Below, in pieces: positions 45,488 to 54,925 of a DNA stretch of 64,000 bases (positions within the stretch are counted from its first letter, which is position 1; every line of letters starts with the position of its first letter). Source of the DNA: an uncultured Candidatus Peribacteria bacterium (GTDB lineage: Bacteria; Patescibacteriota; Gracilibacteria; UBA4473); assembly GCA_964509975.1 (NCBI GenBank), contig CAZDZO010000001.1:4006-68005 (forward strand). Reading direction: 5' to 3'. The translations under genes and the position numbers were made by a program. The notes under the pieces are model-generated. The model saw only the letters and a program-made list of their open reading frames with translations, did no database searches and was not told the DNA's origin.

Positions 45488-45913
45488 ATGGATTTTTTAA
45501 CCCAATCCGAACTGGCTTTTGTGCAAAAGAGATGGCGACTCACTGCCGGTGTTCGCAATGTTGTACAAATTCTTTCACTTGCGACAACCCCCTTGTCGGT
45601 GCAGGATGTTGGGAACATATTAAAGGAACAAAATCATCCCGTTGATGCGACTACAATTTATCGTATTTTCGAGCGACTCAAAAAATGCCATCTTATTCAC
45701 ACACTTCATGAAGGTCGCTTTGTAAAATGTTCTGATATAACAAACCAAAAAGCACATCATTTTTTACGTTGCACAAAATGTAATGGGGTAGAAGAAATTT
45801 TTCTTGATTATCAAAAATCCATTGCTTCTCAATTAGCTACTGAAAAAAACTTTTTATTAATTGATGTCGATCTCGAATTTTGGGGAATCTGTCAGGGTTG
45901 TACACAAAAATAG
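45488..45913 (+). CDS. Fur-family metalloregulator
   Basis: 'TIYRIFERLKKCHLIH', 'HHFLRCTKCNGVEEI' and a C-terminal 'CQGC'. Confidence 0.75.
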   Translation: MDFLTQSELAFVQKRWRLTAGVRNVVQILSLATTPLSVQDVGNILKEQNHPVDATTIYRIFERLKKCHLIHTLHEGRFVKCSDITNQKAHHFLRCTKCNGVEEIFLDYQKSIASQLATEKNFLLIDVDLEFWGICQGCTQK

Positions 45914-46099
45914 TTCAACCATCGCATTGACTTTTGCGAAGTCTTTTGTAGAATACCTTTAGAGAATTTACCTTTTTCTCAAGATACGACTTAGATTATG
46001 AAAAACTTACCTTCCTTTCTCCTCATCTCTTTGCATGCAGGAGGATAATTTTCAGTGACGTATTTGAGAGAGAGGGTTTTTATTTACACCCTTTTCTCC

Positions 46100-47641
46100 A
46101 TGGAAATGATTATTGCCGGAATCGGCGGTTTATTGCTCGGAGGCGGGATCAGCTTCGCTGTTTTTCGTCCCAAAACCAAGCAAATAGAATCGCACGCTCG
46201 ACAGGAAGCTGATCGAGTACGAAAAAGGGCAGAGCAAGAAAGTGATCGAACTCTTTCTGATGCTCGTGCGCATGCCCAAAAATTGCGCCAACAAGCTCAA
46301 GATGAAGAGACAAAATCTCGTCAACGAATTGACAATCTGCAAGCACAGGCTGATGAACGTGTTTCTAAACGAGAACAGGTTCTCGAACAAAAAGTAGAAC
46401 GAACAGAAGAAGCAAAAGAAAAATACGACCACGCCATTGAGCAATACGCAAAACAAAAAGAAGAGTTTCAAAAAGGGCTCGACAAACAAAATGAGGAACT
46501 TGAACGAGTTGCTAAATTGTCCAAAGACGAGGCAAAAAAAGAACTTTTTGATCGAATGGAAAAACAAGTCGATGAAGAACTTGCTGATACTCTTCATAAA
46601 AAAGTCGAACTCATGAGACAAAATGCGGACGAAGAAGCCGCGAATGTTATCGTACAATCCGTTCAACGGTTTGCCTCTACAACAACAAATGAAAATACCA
46701 CTACTGTTGTGAAAATTGATAGCGAAGATATCAAAGGAAAAATAATCGGTCGGGAAGGTCGAAATATTAATGCCTTTGAAATGATGACGGGAGTCGATGT
46801 TATTATCGATGATGCCCCCGGAACCGTAACAATTTCAAGTTTCGATATGTTCCGTCGGTACATCGCCAAAATTGCTTTGGAAAACTTAATCAAGGACGGT
46901 CGAATTCACCCATCACGAATTGAGGAATCTGTTAAAAAAGCTCAAGACAGTGCCGACAAGCTTATTTTAGAAATTGGACAAAAAGCCTGCCAAGACTTGG
47001 GAATTGCAAACTTATATTCAGAGCCTATTTTGAAATTGATTGGACGACTTCGGTTTCGAACATCCTACGGACAAAATGTTTTGAGCCACTCTATTGAAGT
47101 GGCTTACATTTCCGAAGCTATTGCAACTCAGCTTGGAGGAAGTGTTGATCCAGAAGTTTGTAAAAAAGCAGGACTCTTGCACGATATCGGAAAAGCCGTT
47201 TCTCATGAAGTCGAAGGGGGACACGCTATTATCGGAACTGAAATTCTTGAGAAGTTTGGCGTCGATAAACGGGTTATCACTGCCATGAAATCTCATCATG
47301 AAGATTTTCCTTATGAATCAATTGAAGCAAGAATCTTGCAAGCCGCCGATGCGATTAGTGCCTCTCGACCAGGCGCTCGACGAGAAACTTTGGAGAAATA
47401 CATTAAACGTCTGAAGGAACTCGAATCAATCGCTGGAAGCTTCTCAGGTGTTGAGAAGGTGTATGCCATTCAAGCAGGGCGCGAAGTACGTGTGTTTGTG
47501 AATGCCAAAGAAGTCGACGACAAAAAAGCAGAAAAACTTGCCTACGAAGTCGCTCGAAAAATTGAAAAAGATTGTGATTACCCAGGAGAGGTAAAAGTTG
47601 CCATTTTGCGCGAAAATCGATTCGAAGGAATCGCGAAGTAA
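46100..47641 (+). CDS. rny: ribonuclease Y
   Basis: N-terminal TM segment, coiled coil, KH domain ('IIGREGRNINAFE') and HD domain ('LLHDIGKA'). Confidence 0.9.
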   Translation: MEMIIAGIGGLLLGGGISFAVFRPKTKQIESHARQEADRVRKRAEQESDRTLSDARAHAQKLRQQAQDEETKSRQRIDNLQAQADERVSKREQVLEQKVERTEEAKEKYDHAIEQYAKQKEEFQKGLDKQNEELERVAKLSKDEAKKELFDRMEKQVDEELADTLHKKVELMRQNADEEAANVIVQSVQRFASTTTNENTTTVVKIDSEDIKGKIIGREGRNINAFEMMTGVDVIIDDAPGTVTISSFDMFRRYIAKIALENLIKDGRIHPSRIEESVKKAQDSADKLILEIGQKACQDLGIANLYSEPILKLIGRLRFRTSYGQNVLSHSIEVAYISEAIATQLGGSVDPEVCKKAGLLHDIGKAVSHEVEGGHAIIGTEILEKFGVDKRVITAMKSHHEDFPYESIEARILQAADAISASRPGARRETLEKYIKRLKELESIAGSFSGVEKVYAIQAGREVRVFVNAKEVDDKKAEKLAYEVARKIEKDCDYPGEVKVAILRENRFEGIAK

Positions 47642-47649
47642 GTTATTTA

Positions 47650-47679
47650 GGATCCGGATCCCCCTAGGGATCCGGATCC
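47650..47679. repeat. GGATCC-family element, 30-nt short form, between convergent rny and trmB (likely a bidirectional terminator hairpin)
   Basis: GGATCCGGATCC-CCCTAG-GGATCCGGATCC. Its last base overlaps the trmB stop codon. Confidence 0.85.
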
Positions 47680-48275
47680 TATTTTTTGAATCGCATCCTC
47701 CATACATCCGCCCCCTCCTTTGTCTTGGCCTGCTCCCAGTCTGTTTGAGTTTCGTAAGGTGAAACTGAGAACTTTTCAATTTTTGAATAAGGAGACGCTT
47801 CTACCACTTCCAAAGTTTCATTAAAAAGAAACTCTTGATCTGTCTGGAAGATAAATTCTGTTTTGTCATTCAACCAGCTCGAACAATTTGTAAGGAATTT
47901 TGAATTAATAAATCGTCGTTTCTTGTGTTTTTCTTTGAACCATGGATCGGGGAAGTTGACGAAAATCTCCTCAACGAACGCTTTTTCTTTTTGGCATGGC
48001 TCGACGATCGCACGAAAGTTTCGCCCTGCGTCTCCGTCGAACACGACGACATTTTTTGAATCGGCGAACTTTGTTCTGAGTTTCTCCGCGAGAGGAACTC
48101 TAATCTCAAAGACGATGAAATTTTTCTCAGGAAATCTCTCAATCAAAGCTTCTACGAATTCTCCCTTGCACGCTCCGACGTCGATAATAATGGGCTTATC
48201 ATTTCCAAACCCCGCAAAGGAAAATTCCTTTGTGATCGCGAGTGGATTTACATGAGGACGAATTCGTTTTGGCAT
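47679..48275 (-). CDS. trmB: tRNA (guanine-N7)-methyltransferase
   Basis: 'IIDVGACKGEFV' and 'FPDPWFKEKHKKRR'. Confidence 0.85.
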   Translation of the reverse strand: MPKRIRPHVNPLAITKEFSFAGFGNDKPIIIDVGACKGEFVEALIERFPEKNFIVFEIRVPLAEKLRTKFADSKNVVVFDGDAGRNFRAIVEPCQKEKAFVEEIFVNFPDPWFKEKHKKRRFINSKFLTNCSSWLNDKTEFIFQTDQEFLFNETLEVVEASPYSKIEKFSVSPYETQTDWEQAKTKEGADVWRMRFKK

Positions 48276-48427
48276 CGGGGAGAGTGTAAGAATTTTGACA
48301 AAAAAGAAAACCTCGCTACCCTTCTCCTCGATGAATAATTTAATTGCGACCTATAGTTGGTGGACAGACGAAACGTCTGAGGTCGCAGTGAATATTTAAA
48401 TCCCCCACACAAATCTAAATATTTTCT

Positions 48428-48450
48428 CCGGCCTCTGGCTGGTTTTTTTT
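48428..48450 (+). terminator. intrinsic terminator candidate
   Basis: CCGGCC-TCT-GGCTGG (one G.U pair) followed by T8. Confidence 0.55.
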
Positions 48451-48547
48451 GATCTGAATCAAGGCACAGCCTTCGTTTCCGGTCTTGCTCTTTTTGTTAT
48501 CGGAGTCAATTAAGAAATTTTTTAGAAACCTTTTAAATAATATTGTT

Positions 48548-48778
48548 ATGAATCTTACACAAAATCAATCTCTTCAAATTGCTACGAAATTTAACGTTTC
48601 AAAAGAAGAAGTTTTTAATCTTTTTAATCAGGGAAACATTGAACGAACTCAATTTTTCCAAATGGCACAACGCAGATCAATGACAAGTTGGGAACGATTT
48701 TTGCAAAAAATTACAATTGCAAGTTCTCACTCAAACAACATCAAACCTATTTTAAACACTGCCTGGCTCCTCGATTAA
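48548..48778 (+). CDS. small hypothetical protein
   Basis: ATG at 48548 ('MNLTQNQSLQIATKF'). Confidence 0.35.
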   Translation: MNLTQNQSLQIATKFNVSKEEVFNLFNQGNIERTQFFQMAQRRSMTSWERFLQKITIASSHSNNIKPILNTAWLLD

Positions 48779-48995
48779 CAAAAATGCATGGTCCTCGTAT
48801 TCTTTCACAAGAACAACGGGGGCCTTTTTTATTGACGAGAAATCGCTCTCGCAGTACGATAAAAATGAAATGATAACAACTTCTCTTGGAAATCGACCAG
48901 TCGGAAAAGGACGAAAAGAAGTTTAAAAAAACTCGAATTTTTTGTATTCTCTCGTAGCGAAACTACGAGATTTTCGTTTATTACTTCTCTCAATT

Positions 48996-50273
48996 ATGAC
49001 AACTCAACAATCAATACCTTTTCTCGAAAAAAGCGATCCCCAAATCGCCGATGCCATCCGTGGCGAAGAACAAAGAGAATCCGAAGGACTCGAGCTCATC
49101 CCCAGTGAAAACTATGTTTCCAGGGCCGTGCTTGAAGCCGACGGGTCCGTCTTTACAAACAAATACTCTGAAGGATACCCAGGACGTCGATATTATGGCG
49201 GACAGGACTACACAGACGTCATTGAACGTCTTGCAATTGAACGAGCGTGTAAATTGTTTAATTGTAAATTTGCCAATGTGCAACCACTCTCTGGAGCGCC
49301 AGCGAATGTAGCCATGTATTTTGCACTCCTTGAACCAGGAGACACTATTCTTGGCATGGATCTCAGTCATGGGGGGCACCTCACTCATGGTCATCCTGTG
49401 ACACATCTGGCGAAGATTTTTAACTTCGTGCGATATAAAATGAAAGATCCTGATACAGGAGAAATCGATTACGAAGCTCTTCGCAAAACAGCACTCAAAG
49501 AAAAACCAAAAATGATTCTCGCTGGGTTTTCTGCCTACAGCCGAGAACTCGATTACAAGAAGTTTGTTGATATTGCGAAAGAAGTGGGAGCGGTTACGGT
49601 TGCCGATATGGCACATATTGCAGGACTGATTGCCGGAAAAGCTGTACGAAATCCTTTTGATGATGGATTTGATGTTATTACAACAACTACTCATAAAACA
49701 TTGCGTGGTCCTCGTGGAGGAATGATTCTTACAAGAGAGAGTGAAGAAATTGCAAAAAAAATTGATAAATCGGTATTTCCAGGATTTCAAGGGGGACCAC
49801 ACATGCATCTGATTGCGGCGAAAGCTGTGGCCTTCGGAGAAGCTTTGACTCCTGCCTTTGCAGAATATGCACAACAGATTTTGAAGAATGCAAAAGCCAT
49901 GGAAAAGGTTTTCTTGGATAATGGAGTACGACTTTTGGGAGGAGGGACGTCTAATCACTTGCTTTTAGCTGATGTATTTGGAAGTTTAGGCGTAACTGGA
50001 AAAGAAGCGCAAACCGTGCTTGATGAAGTTGGAATGACACTCAATATGAATTCTATTGCCGATGATCCACGAAAGCCACTCGATCCATCTGGGATTCGCT
50101 TTGGAACTCCTGCAATTACAACACGAGGGCTTAAAGAACCACATTGTGCTCGCGTCGCTGAACTCATGATTGAAGTGTTGAAAGACAAAGACAATCCGAT
50201 ACTGAAAAAACGTGTTCGTGAAGAAATCAGAGATCTCTGTCTCAGGTTTCCGATTCCAGACACGATGATTTAA
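48996..50273 (+). CDS. glyA: serine hydroxymethyltransferase
   Basis: 'LELIPSENY', 'GYPGRRYYGG' and 'TTTTHKTLRGPRGG' (the PLP lysine). Confidence 0.93.
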   Translation: MTTQQSIPFLEKSDPQIADAIRGEEQRESEGLELIPSENYVSRAVLEADGSVFTNKYSEGYPGRRYYGGQDYTDVIERLAIERACKLFNCKFANVQPLSGAPANVAMYFALLEPGDTILGMDLSHGGHLTHGHPVTHLAKIFNFVRYKMKDPDTGEIDYEALRKTALKEKPKMILAGFSAYSRELDYKKFVDIAKEVGAVTVADMAHIAGLIAGKAVRNPFDDGFDVITTTTHKTLRGPRGGMILTRESEEIAKKIDKSVFPGFQGGPHMHLIAAKAVAFGEALTPAFAEYAQQILKNAKAMEKVFLDNGVRLLGGGTSNHLLLADVFGSLGVTGKEAQTVLDEVGMTLNMNSIADDPRKPLDPSGIRFGTPAITTRGLKEPHCARVAELMIEVLKDKDNPILKKRVREEIRDLCLRFPIPDTMI

Positions 50274-50282
50274 AGAAAGTTT

Positions 50283-50819
50283 TTACTTCTCGTATACATA
50301 AATCTTATCCTTTCCAACCTGCACAACATGTGTAGGTTGTAAGGATGTAAATGGGAATCCATGTGAAATGATTCGACACCCCGTGGGAAGTTCGGCCCAT
50401 TTTTCTGTATAGATTTTATCTATCACTTTGGGAAACAAGTAGCAAAAAATTACATCCGCATCCGATAAGTTTGCTGTGAAAAAATCCTGCGAGTAAAACT
50501 GAATATTCTTTTTGAGAAAGAAATTTTTTATTCGCGCGAACCAAATCGCTGGTCTCACAAGATCGTATCCGAAACATTTCACGTCTCCTGAAGAATTTTT
50601 TGCAACTTCAAACAAAATCGCCCCCACTCCACATCCTAAGTCATATATTGTCTTCCCTGGATGGATAGCTGCAAGTTCAACCATTTTTTGCGCAGTTTTT
50701 TTTGAAGTGGAAACAAGCGGTGCTCCGTAATGGAAAAATCCCCACAGCATCCAAACACTAAAAATAAGTGCTCCGAGGAGAATGATTCCGAAAATCAGTA
50801 AGAAAATATTTGTTATCAT
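50283..50819 (-). CDS. class I SAM-dependent methyltransferase with N-terminal TM segment
   Basis: 'IYDLGCGVGAILF' (motif I). ATG at 50819 overlaps the upstream stop as ATGA. Confidence 0.6.
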   Translation of the reverse strand: MITNIFLLIFGIILLGALIFSVWMLWGFFHYGAPLVSTSKKTAQKMVELAAIHPGKTIYDLGCGVGAILFEVAKNSSGDVKCFGYDLVRPAIWFARIKNFFLKKNIQFYSQDFFTANLSDADVIFCYLFPKVIDKIYTEKWAELPTGCRIISHGFPFTSLQPTHVVQVGKDKIYVYEK

Positions 50820-53770
50820 TGTCCAAAATTTTGCCAATAATCAATTTCTGTATCGTTCTCAACGTTGGAAACAAATGGGAATTCTAAATTCTGTACTTTT
50901 TGGTGTGCTTTTTTTAGCTCTCCAATAACTTGCGCTCGATCTTCTTCTGATACTTCCAATTGCCGTTGTCCAATTTTTCCCGTGTGGTCACCTGCAGTAA
51001 GAAATTCAAGTTCGCAGACATCAACGTTCCACCCAAGGTCTTTGCTGTTGCGTGCTAAAAGATCGTAAAAAACAAGCTGTCTCCACAAAGATTCTCCTTT
51101 GGTAATGGCTCGTGGTTTCCCTGATTTGTAGTCGACGATTTTGACTTTCGTTTTTTCTGAATTAAAAAAATCAACGCGATCTATTTTTCCAGTGATCCGA
51201 ATATCATCTATTGCAGGAGAATATTTACTGAACGCAAACTCAATCAAAGAATCTTCTTTGAAGGTTTCTTTTCGTTTCTCGTGATAATTCTCCAAGACTT
51301 CTTTTCCGTGGTCTAACCATTTTTCAAATTCCTTTTTTTCTAAATTTTGCCCTCGCAATGCTCGTTCAAATTCGTTGATAAGAAATTCTTGTGTGGGCAA
51401 TTCTTTCGTTCGTTTATAATTTTCCAAGAAACGTTCAAGTGCTTCATGGAGAGCCACTCCGAGTGCAAGCTGAGGAAGCGGGCGACGCGGAAATCGAAGT
51501 AATCTTTGATAGAGGAATTTCCGTGGACAATCCAAATAGGTCTGCAAACTCGTTGCCGACCAAACGAAATCTTTCACTCTTGCTTGAAGAATTTCTTTTT
51601 CTTGAGCAGTAAAAAGCGGTTGTTCCTTTGTCGAAAGAAAAACCGGAATTAGTTTTTGAACCAACTCTTCTGTTTCATCTCGCGGAAGCATTTCACAGAT
51701 TGAATCAGGGATTTCGTGCCAAAATTGTGATGGATTTTTTTCTCGTCCTGAGAAATCTGTCACACTGTAGGACAAGAAAATTTCTTTTCTCGCTCGGGTC
51801 ATCGCTACAAAAAACAAACGTCGTTCATCCTCATTCTCGTCGTGCTCTTCGTGAAAAAGTTGTGGCAATGCAATACCGTTTCTGGCTCTATTATTCCCCC
51901 ATACTCGATCAAGCAATCCTGGAAGAAAGACCACATCAAACTCTCGCCCCTTCGATCCATGGGCAGTAAGAATGTGAACCGCTCTTTGATCAGCGGGAAG
52001 GGAATTTGGTCGAACCGGAATATTTAATTGTGCATGAAGTTCAATCCGCTCAAGAAGTGTTGGAAGATTTTCGCATTTTTGTTCCCGCGCCCATTCGATG
52101 AATTTCCGAATCATCTGCCAATCTTCTGATGATGTTTCGTTGTCTTTTTGTGAAAGAAATTCAGCGAGTCCTGATTCGTATAATAATTTTTCAATCAACA
52201 CTTCTGGACGACAGTGCCAGAATTGTTGACGAGCATTTATGATGAGATCAAAGATTCTTTTCAATGATTCGTCTCTCTTCGATTCCTCTTCTAGGAGCGC
52301 AATAACAGAGTCTTTCTCCTTGTCCCGTTTGAGTGAAAGTTGCAGTAATTTTTCTCCCGAAATCCCAAAGAATTGTGTATGCAGAAGCTCCATCATTTTT
52401 TCGTCATTTCGCGGATCGGCGAATATTTCCAGCATGAGGATTAGAATCCTGATCCATTGATCTTCAAATATGTTTTGAAAAATTTGAGCCGAAACCGGAA
52501 TCCCAAACTTCGGGAGTTCACGTGCGATTTCCAAAACCTCTGCATTTTTTCTGCACAAAATAGCAATTTCCCCAGGAGGTATTCCGTTTTTTAAAGCCCC
52601 CTGAATGCGTTCTACGAGAAAACCAAGCTCACTTAATCGTGCCCCAAACACTGCCTTGTGAATCGTGCCTGTGAAATCTTTATTTGTTCCACTCGCGGTT
52701 AATTTTTTATCCGCATCGGCTCGGGTTTTATTATTGGCAATGGAGGCAAAAGCTCCGTCTAAGATAGTTTGAGCGGATCGGTAATTTTCAGTGAGGGTTA
52801 TTTGCTGGTGAGAAGGGAATTGTTTTTGGAATTCAAAAATGTTCTCCACACTTGCTCCCTGAAACCGATAAATAGCCTGATCATCGTCTCCCACGGCGAA
52901 AATATTGGGGTCGTCCTGAAAATCACTGAGCGCCCATAGGAGCTCGTTTTGTACAGAATTGGTGTCTTGGTACTCATCGATCAAAACCCATTGAAATCGC
53001 TCCGCTAAATCGAGTCTCAAATTTTCATTTTTCTTCACTTCGCCAATCACCCACATGAGCTGATCATCAAAATCAAAGAAGCCTTTTTCTTTCATCTTCG
53101 CTTCGTACACATCCCAGAAGTCAGCCAACTCTTCCATTCTTCGAATCTTTCGATCAATCTCTTCTCGTTTTTTGGGTTTGAAATCCCCAACATTAAATTC
53201 TCCGAATTTTCGTTTGTAGAAATTTTCTGGATCTTCTTCGAGTCGTTTCTTTTCATCGGGAATCAGTGTACGAAGAGTCTGTGCGGAAATGTTTTCTCGT
53301 TTGAGCTTTGAAATAGCCATGAGAATGTCGTGTCTAAATATAAAGTCATCCCAGACACTGGAGAAAAATTCCCATTTTTTTGATCGTACTGCATCTTGAA
53401 AAGCGAGTGCTTTTTGCAGATCGTCAGCGATTTCTCGGGTTCCTCGTAGGTTTTCAAAATACTCTGGATATTCATCCATTACCCACTGACAAAACCCATG
53501 AAATGTTGAAATTTTTACCTTGTACGCTTCATTCCCGATGCCTGATTGAAGCCGATCTCGCATTTCGGTCGCTCCAGCTTCAGTGAAAGTAAGGCACAAA
53601 ATATTATGCGCGTGCGCCCCCACGTCTTGCTGGAGGAGGTGCGCGATGCGTGCTGTTAAAAGGTGTGTTTTCCCTGTTCCTGGACCCGCTAAAACCAAAA
53701 CCTGTCCGTAGACTTTTTCCACCGCTTTGCGTTGGGCGGGATTAAGGTTTTTGAGAAAATCATTCTTCAT
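50816..53770 (-). CDS. UvrD/PcrA-type SF1 helicase fused to a C-terminal PD-(D/E)XK (RecB/AddB-like) nuclease domain
   Basis: 'LVLAGPGTGKTHLL', 'LIDEYQDTN', 'VGDDDQAIYRFQGA'. C-terminal 'YLDCPRKFLY', 'GKIDRVD' and 'IVDYKSGK'. Confidence 0.8.
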   Translation of the reverse strand: MKNDFLKNLNPAQRKAVEKVYGQVLVLAGPGTGKTHLLTARIAHLLQQDVGAHAHNILCLTFTEAGATEMRDRLQSGIGNEAYKVKISTFHGFCQWVMDEYPEYFENLRGTREIADDLQKALAFQDAVRSKKWEFFSSVWDDFIFRHDILMAISKLKRENISAQTLRTLIPDEKKRLEEDPENFYKRKFGEFNVGDFKPKKREEIDRKIRRMEELADFWDVYEAKMKEKGFFDFDDQLMWVIGEVKKNENLRLDLAERFQWVLIDEYQDTNSVQNELLWALSDFQDDPNIFAVGDDDQAIYRFQGASVENIFEFQKQFPSHQQITLTENYRSAQTILDGAFASIANNKTRADADKKLTASGTNKDFTGTIHKAVFGARLSELGFLVERIQGALKNGIPPGEIAILCRKNAEVLEIARELPKFGIPVSAQIFQNIFEDQWIRILILMLEIFADPRNDEKMMELLHTQFFGISGEKLLQLSLKRDKEKDSVIALLEEESKRDESLKRIFDLIINARQQFWHCRPEVLIEKLLYESGLAEFLSQKDNETSSEDWQMIRKFIEWAREQKCENLPTLLERIELHAQLNIPVRPNSLPADQRAVHILTAHGSKGREFDVVFLPGLLDRVWGNNRARNGIALPQLFHEEHDENEDERRLFFVAMTRARKEIFLSYSVTDFSGREKNPSQFWHEIPDSICEMLPRDETEELVQKLIPVFLSTKEQPLFTAQEKEILQARVKDFVWSATSLQTYLDCPRKFLYQRLLRFPRRPLPQLALGVALHEALERFLENYKRTKELPTQEFLINEFERALRGQNLEKKEFEKWLDHGKEVLENYHEKRKETFKEDSLIEFAFSKYSPAIDDIRITGKIDRVDFFNSEKTKVKIVDYKSGKPRAITKGESLWRQLVFYDLLARNSKDLGWNVDVCELEFLTAGDHTGKIGQRQLEVSEEDRAQVIGELKKAHQKVQNLEFPFVSNVENDTEIDYWQNFGQ

Positions 53771-53834
53771 CGCGAGGACAATATCAAAAATTTTAAATTA
53801 TAACACCCCCCAACCCCCTCTTAAAAACCCCTTG

Positions 53835-53969
53835 GTCATTCTAGCTTGCCCAGAATCGGTTCAGTTTATATCATGCTTTCAGAGAATACGAAGAATTTTT
53901 GTCCGTTTCGCGCTAACGCTTAATCACTACTTCCAAGTATTCATCCAATTCCGGTCAAGCCGGAATGAC
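53835..53969. mobile_element. possible miniature element bounded by GTCATTC / GAATGAC termini
   Basis: GTCATTCTAGCTTGCCCAGAAT on the left and ATTCCGGTCAAGCCGGAATGAC on the right. Only the terminal 7 nt match. Confidence 0.35.
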
Positions 53970-53985
53970 TGAATTTACCCCACAC

Positions 53986-54435
53986 ATGAAACGTTTTAAT
54001 TTTCTCCTTCTCCTCGCTATACTTCCACTAATGGGATGTGAACATACCACTTCAGAAATTCTTCACATTTCGCACGAGCTGGGCCGATCCATTGTGCAAA
54101 TCGGCGAGCAATCGTGGAATGTAGAGGTGGCAAAAACACCAGAACAACGACAACAAGGGCTCATGCTGCGAGAGAAACTTGAGCCGAGCGCTGGAATGTT
54201 ATTCGTTTTTGAAGAAGAAGATTTTCACGCTTTCTGGATGAAAAACACTCTCATTCCACTCGATGTGATTTGGATTGGGGAAGATTTAAAAGTAGTGGAC
54301 GTACAAACGCTCACTCCGTGTGTAGCTGAAGAATGCCTAAACTTTCGCCCATCTGAAAAAGCAAAATACGTGCTTGAAGTAGCTGCCGGAACGTTTAAAG
54401 GGCTGGTTAGTGACGAGTTACTCTTTGTCGAGTAA
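53986..54435 (+). CDS. DUF192-like secreted protein
   Basis: 'MKRFNFLLLLAILPLMGC' lipoprotein-like signal, plus 'GMLFVF' and 'FWMKNTLIPLDVIWI'. The upstream ATG at 53965 lies in the GAATGAC repeat terminus. Confidence 0.6.
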   Translation: MKRFNFLLLLAILPLMGCEHTTSEILHISHELGRSIVQIGEQSWNVEVAKTPEQRQQGLMLREKLEPSAGMLFVFEEEDFHAFWMKNTLIPLDVIWIGEDLKVVDVQTLTPCVAEECLNFRPSEKAKYVLEVAAGTFKGLVSDELLFVE

Positions 54436-54822
54436 ATCTTTCACCTTCCCTTTTATTAGCACAATATATTCTACACAACCCACAAAGGTTACATCCCTTT
54501 CTCCGTCTAATTGTTTTTTTACTTTTGGGGGAAGAATAATCCTAGCTGTCTTATCTTTCCGAGGTTCGTAAAGTCTTGAATAAACGTCGTCAAAAAAATT
54601 ATTTCCTGCATAAATTGTTCGTAGTATTTTTTCACTCGGAACAATGATAGCCAAGATCTCTTGTTTTGAATTCTTTAACTCTTCAATTAGATGTTCCTGT
54701 TCCCCTATCCACACAAGAAAATCCTTTTCCTTCCCCCATTCTACTGGAATCGAAATTCTATATTTTGTATCAACCCTTCTTTCCAGGCTTCCTACATATT
54801 GCTCGTTTCCTTCTTTTTTCAT
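54418..54822 (-). CDS. MraZ-like double SpoVT/AbrB-domain protein
   Basis: Two 'D.K.R..iP' type repeats: 'VDTKYRISIPVEW' and 'KDKTARIILPPKV'. Not followed by rsmH or fts genes. Confidence 0.5.
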   Translation of the reverse strand: MKKEGNEQYVGSLERRVDTKYRISIPVEWGKEKDFLVWIGEQEHLIEELKNSKQEILAIIVPSEKILRTIYAGNNFFDDVYSRLYEPRKDKTARIILPPKVKKQLDGERDVTFVGCVEYIVLIKGKVKDLLDKE

Positions 54823-54925
54823 ATTGACAAAGTACAAAGTTTTAAAAATTCGTCAACCACCCTTTTACTTCTTTTTTTCATTTCAATTCGCTTTCTGTGA
54901 GCGAGTTTTTTACAATACCCCCGAC

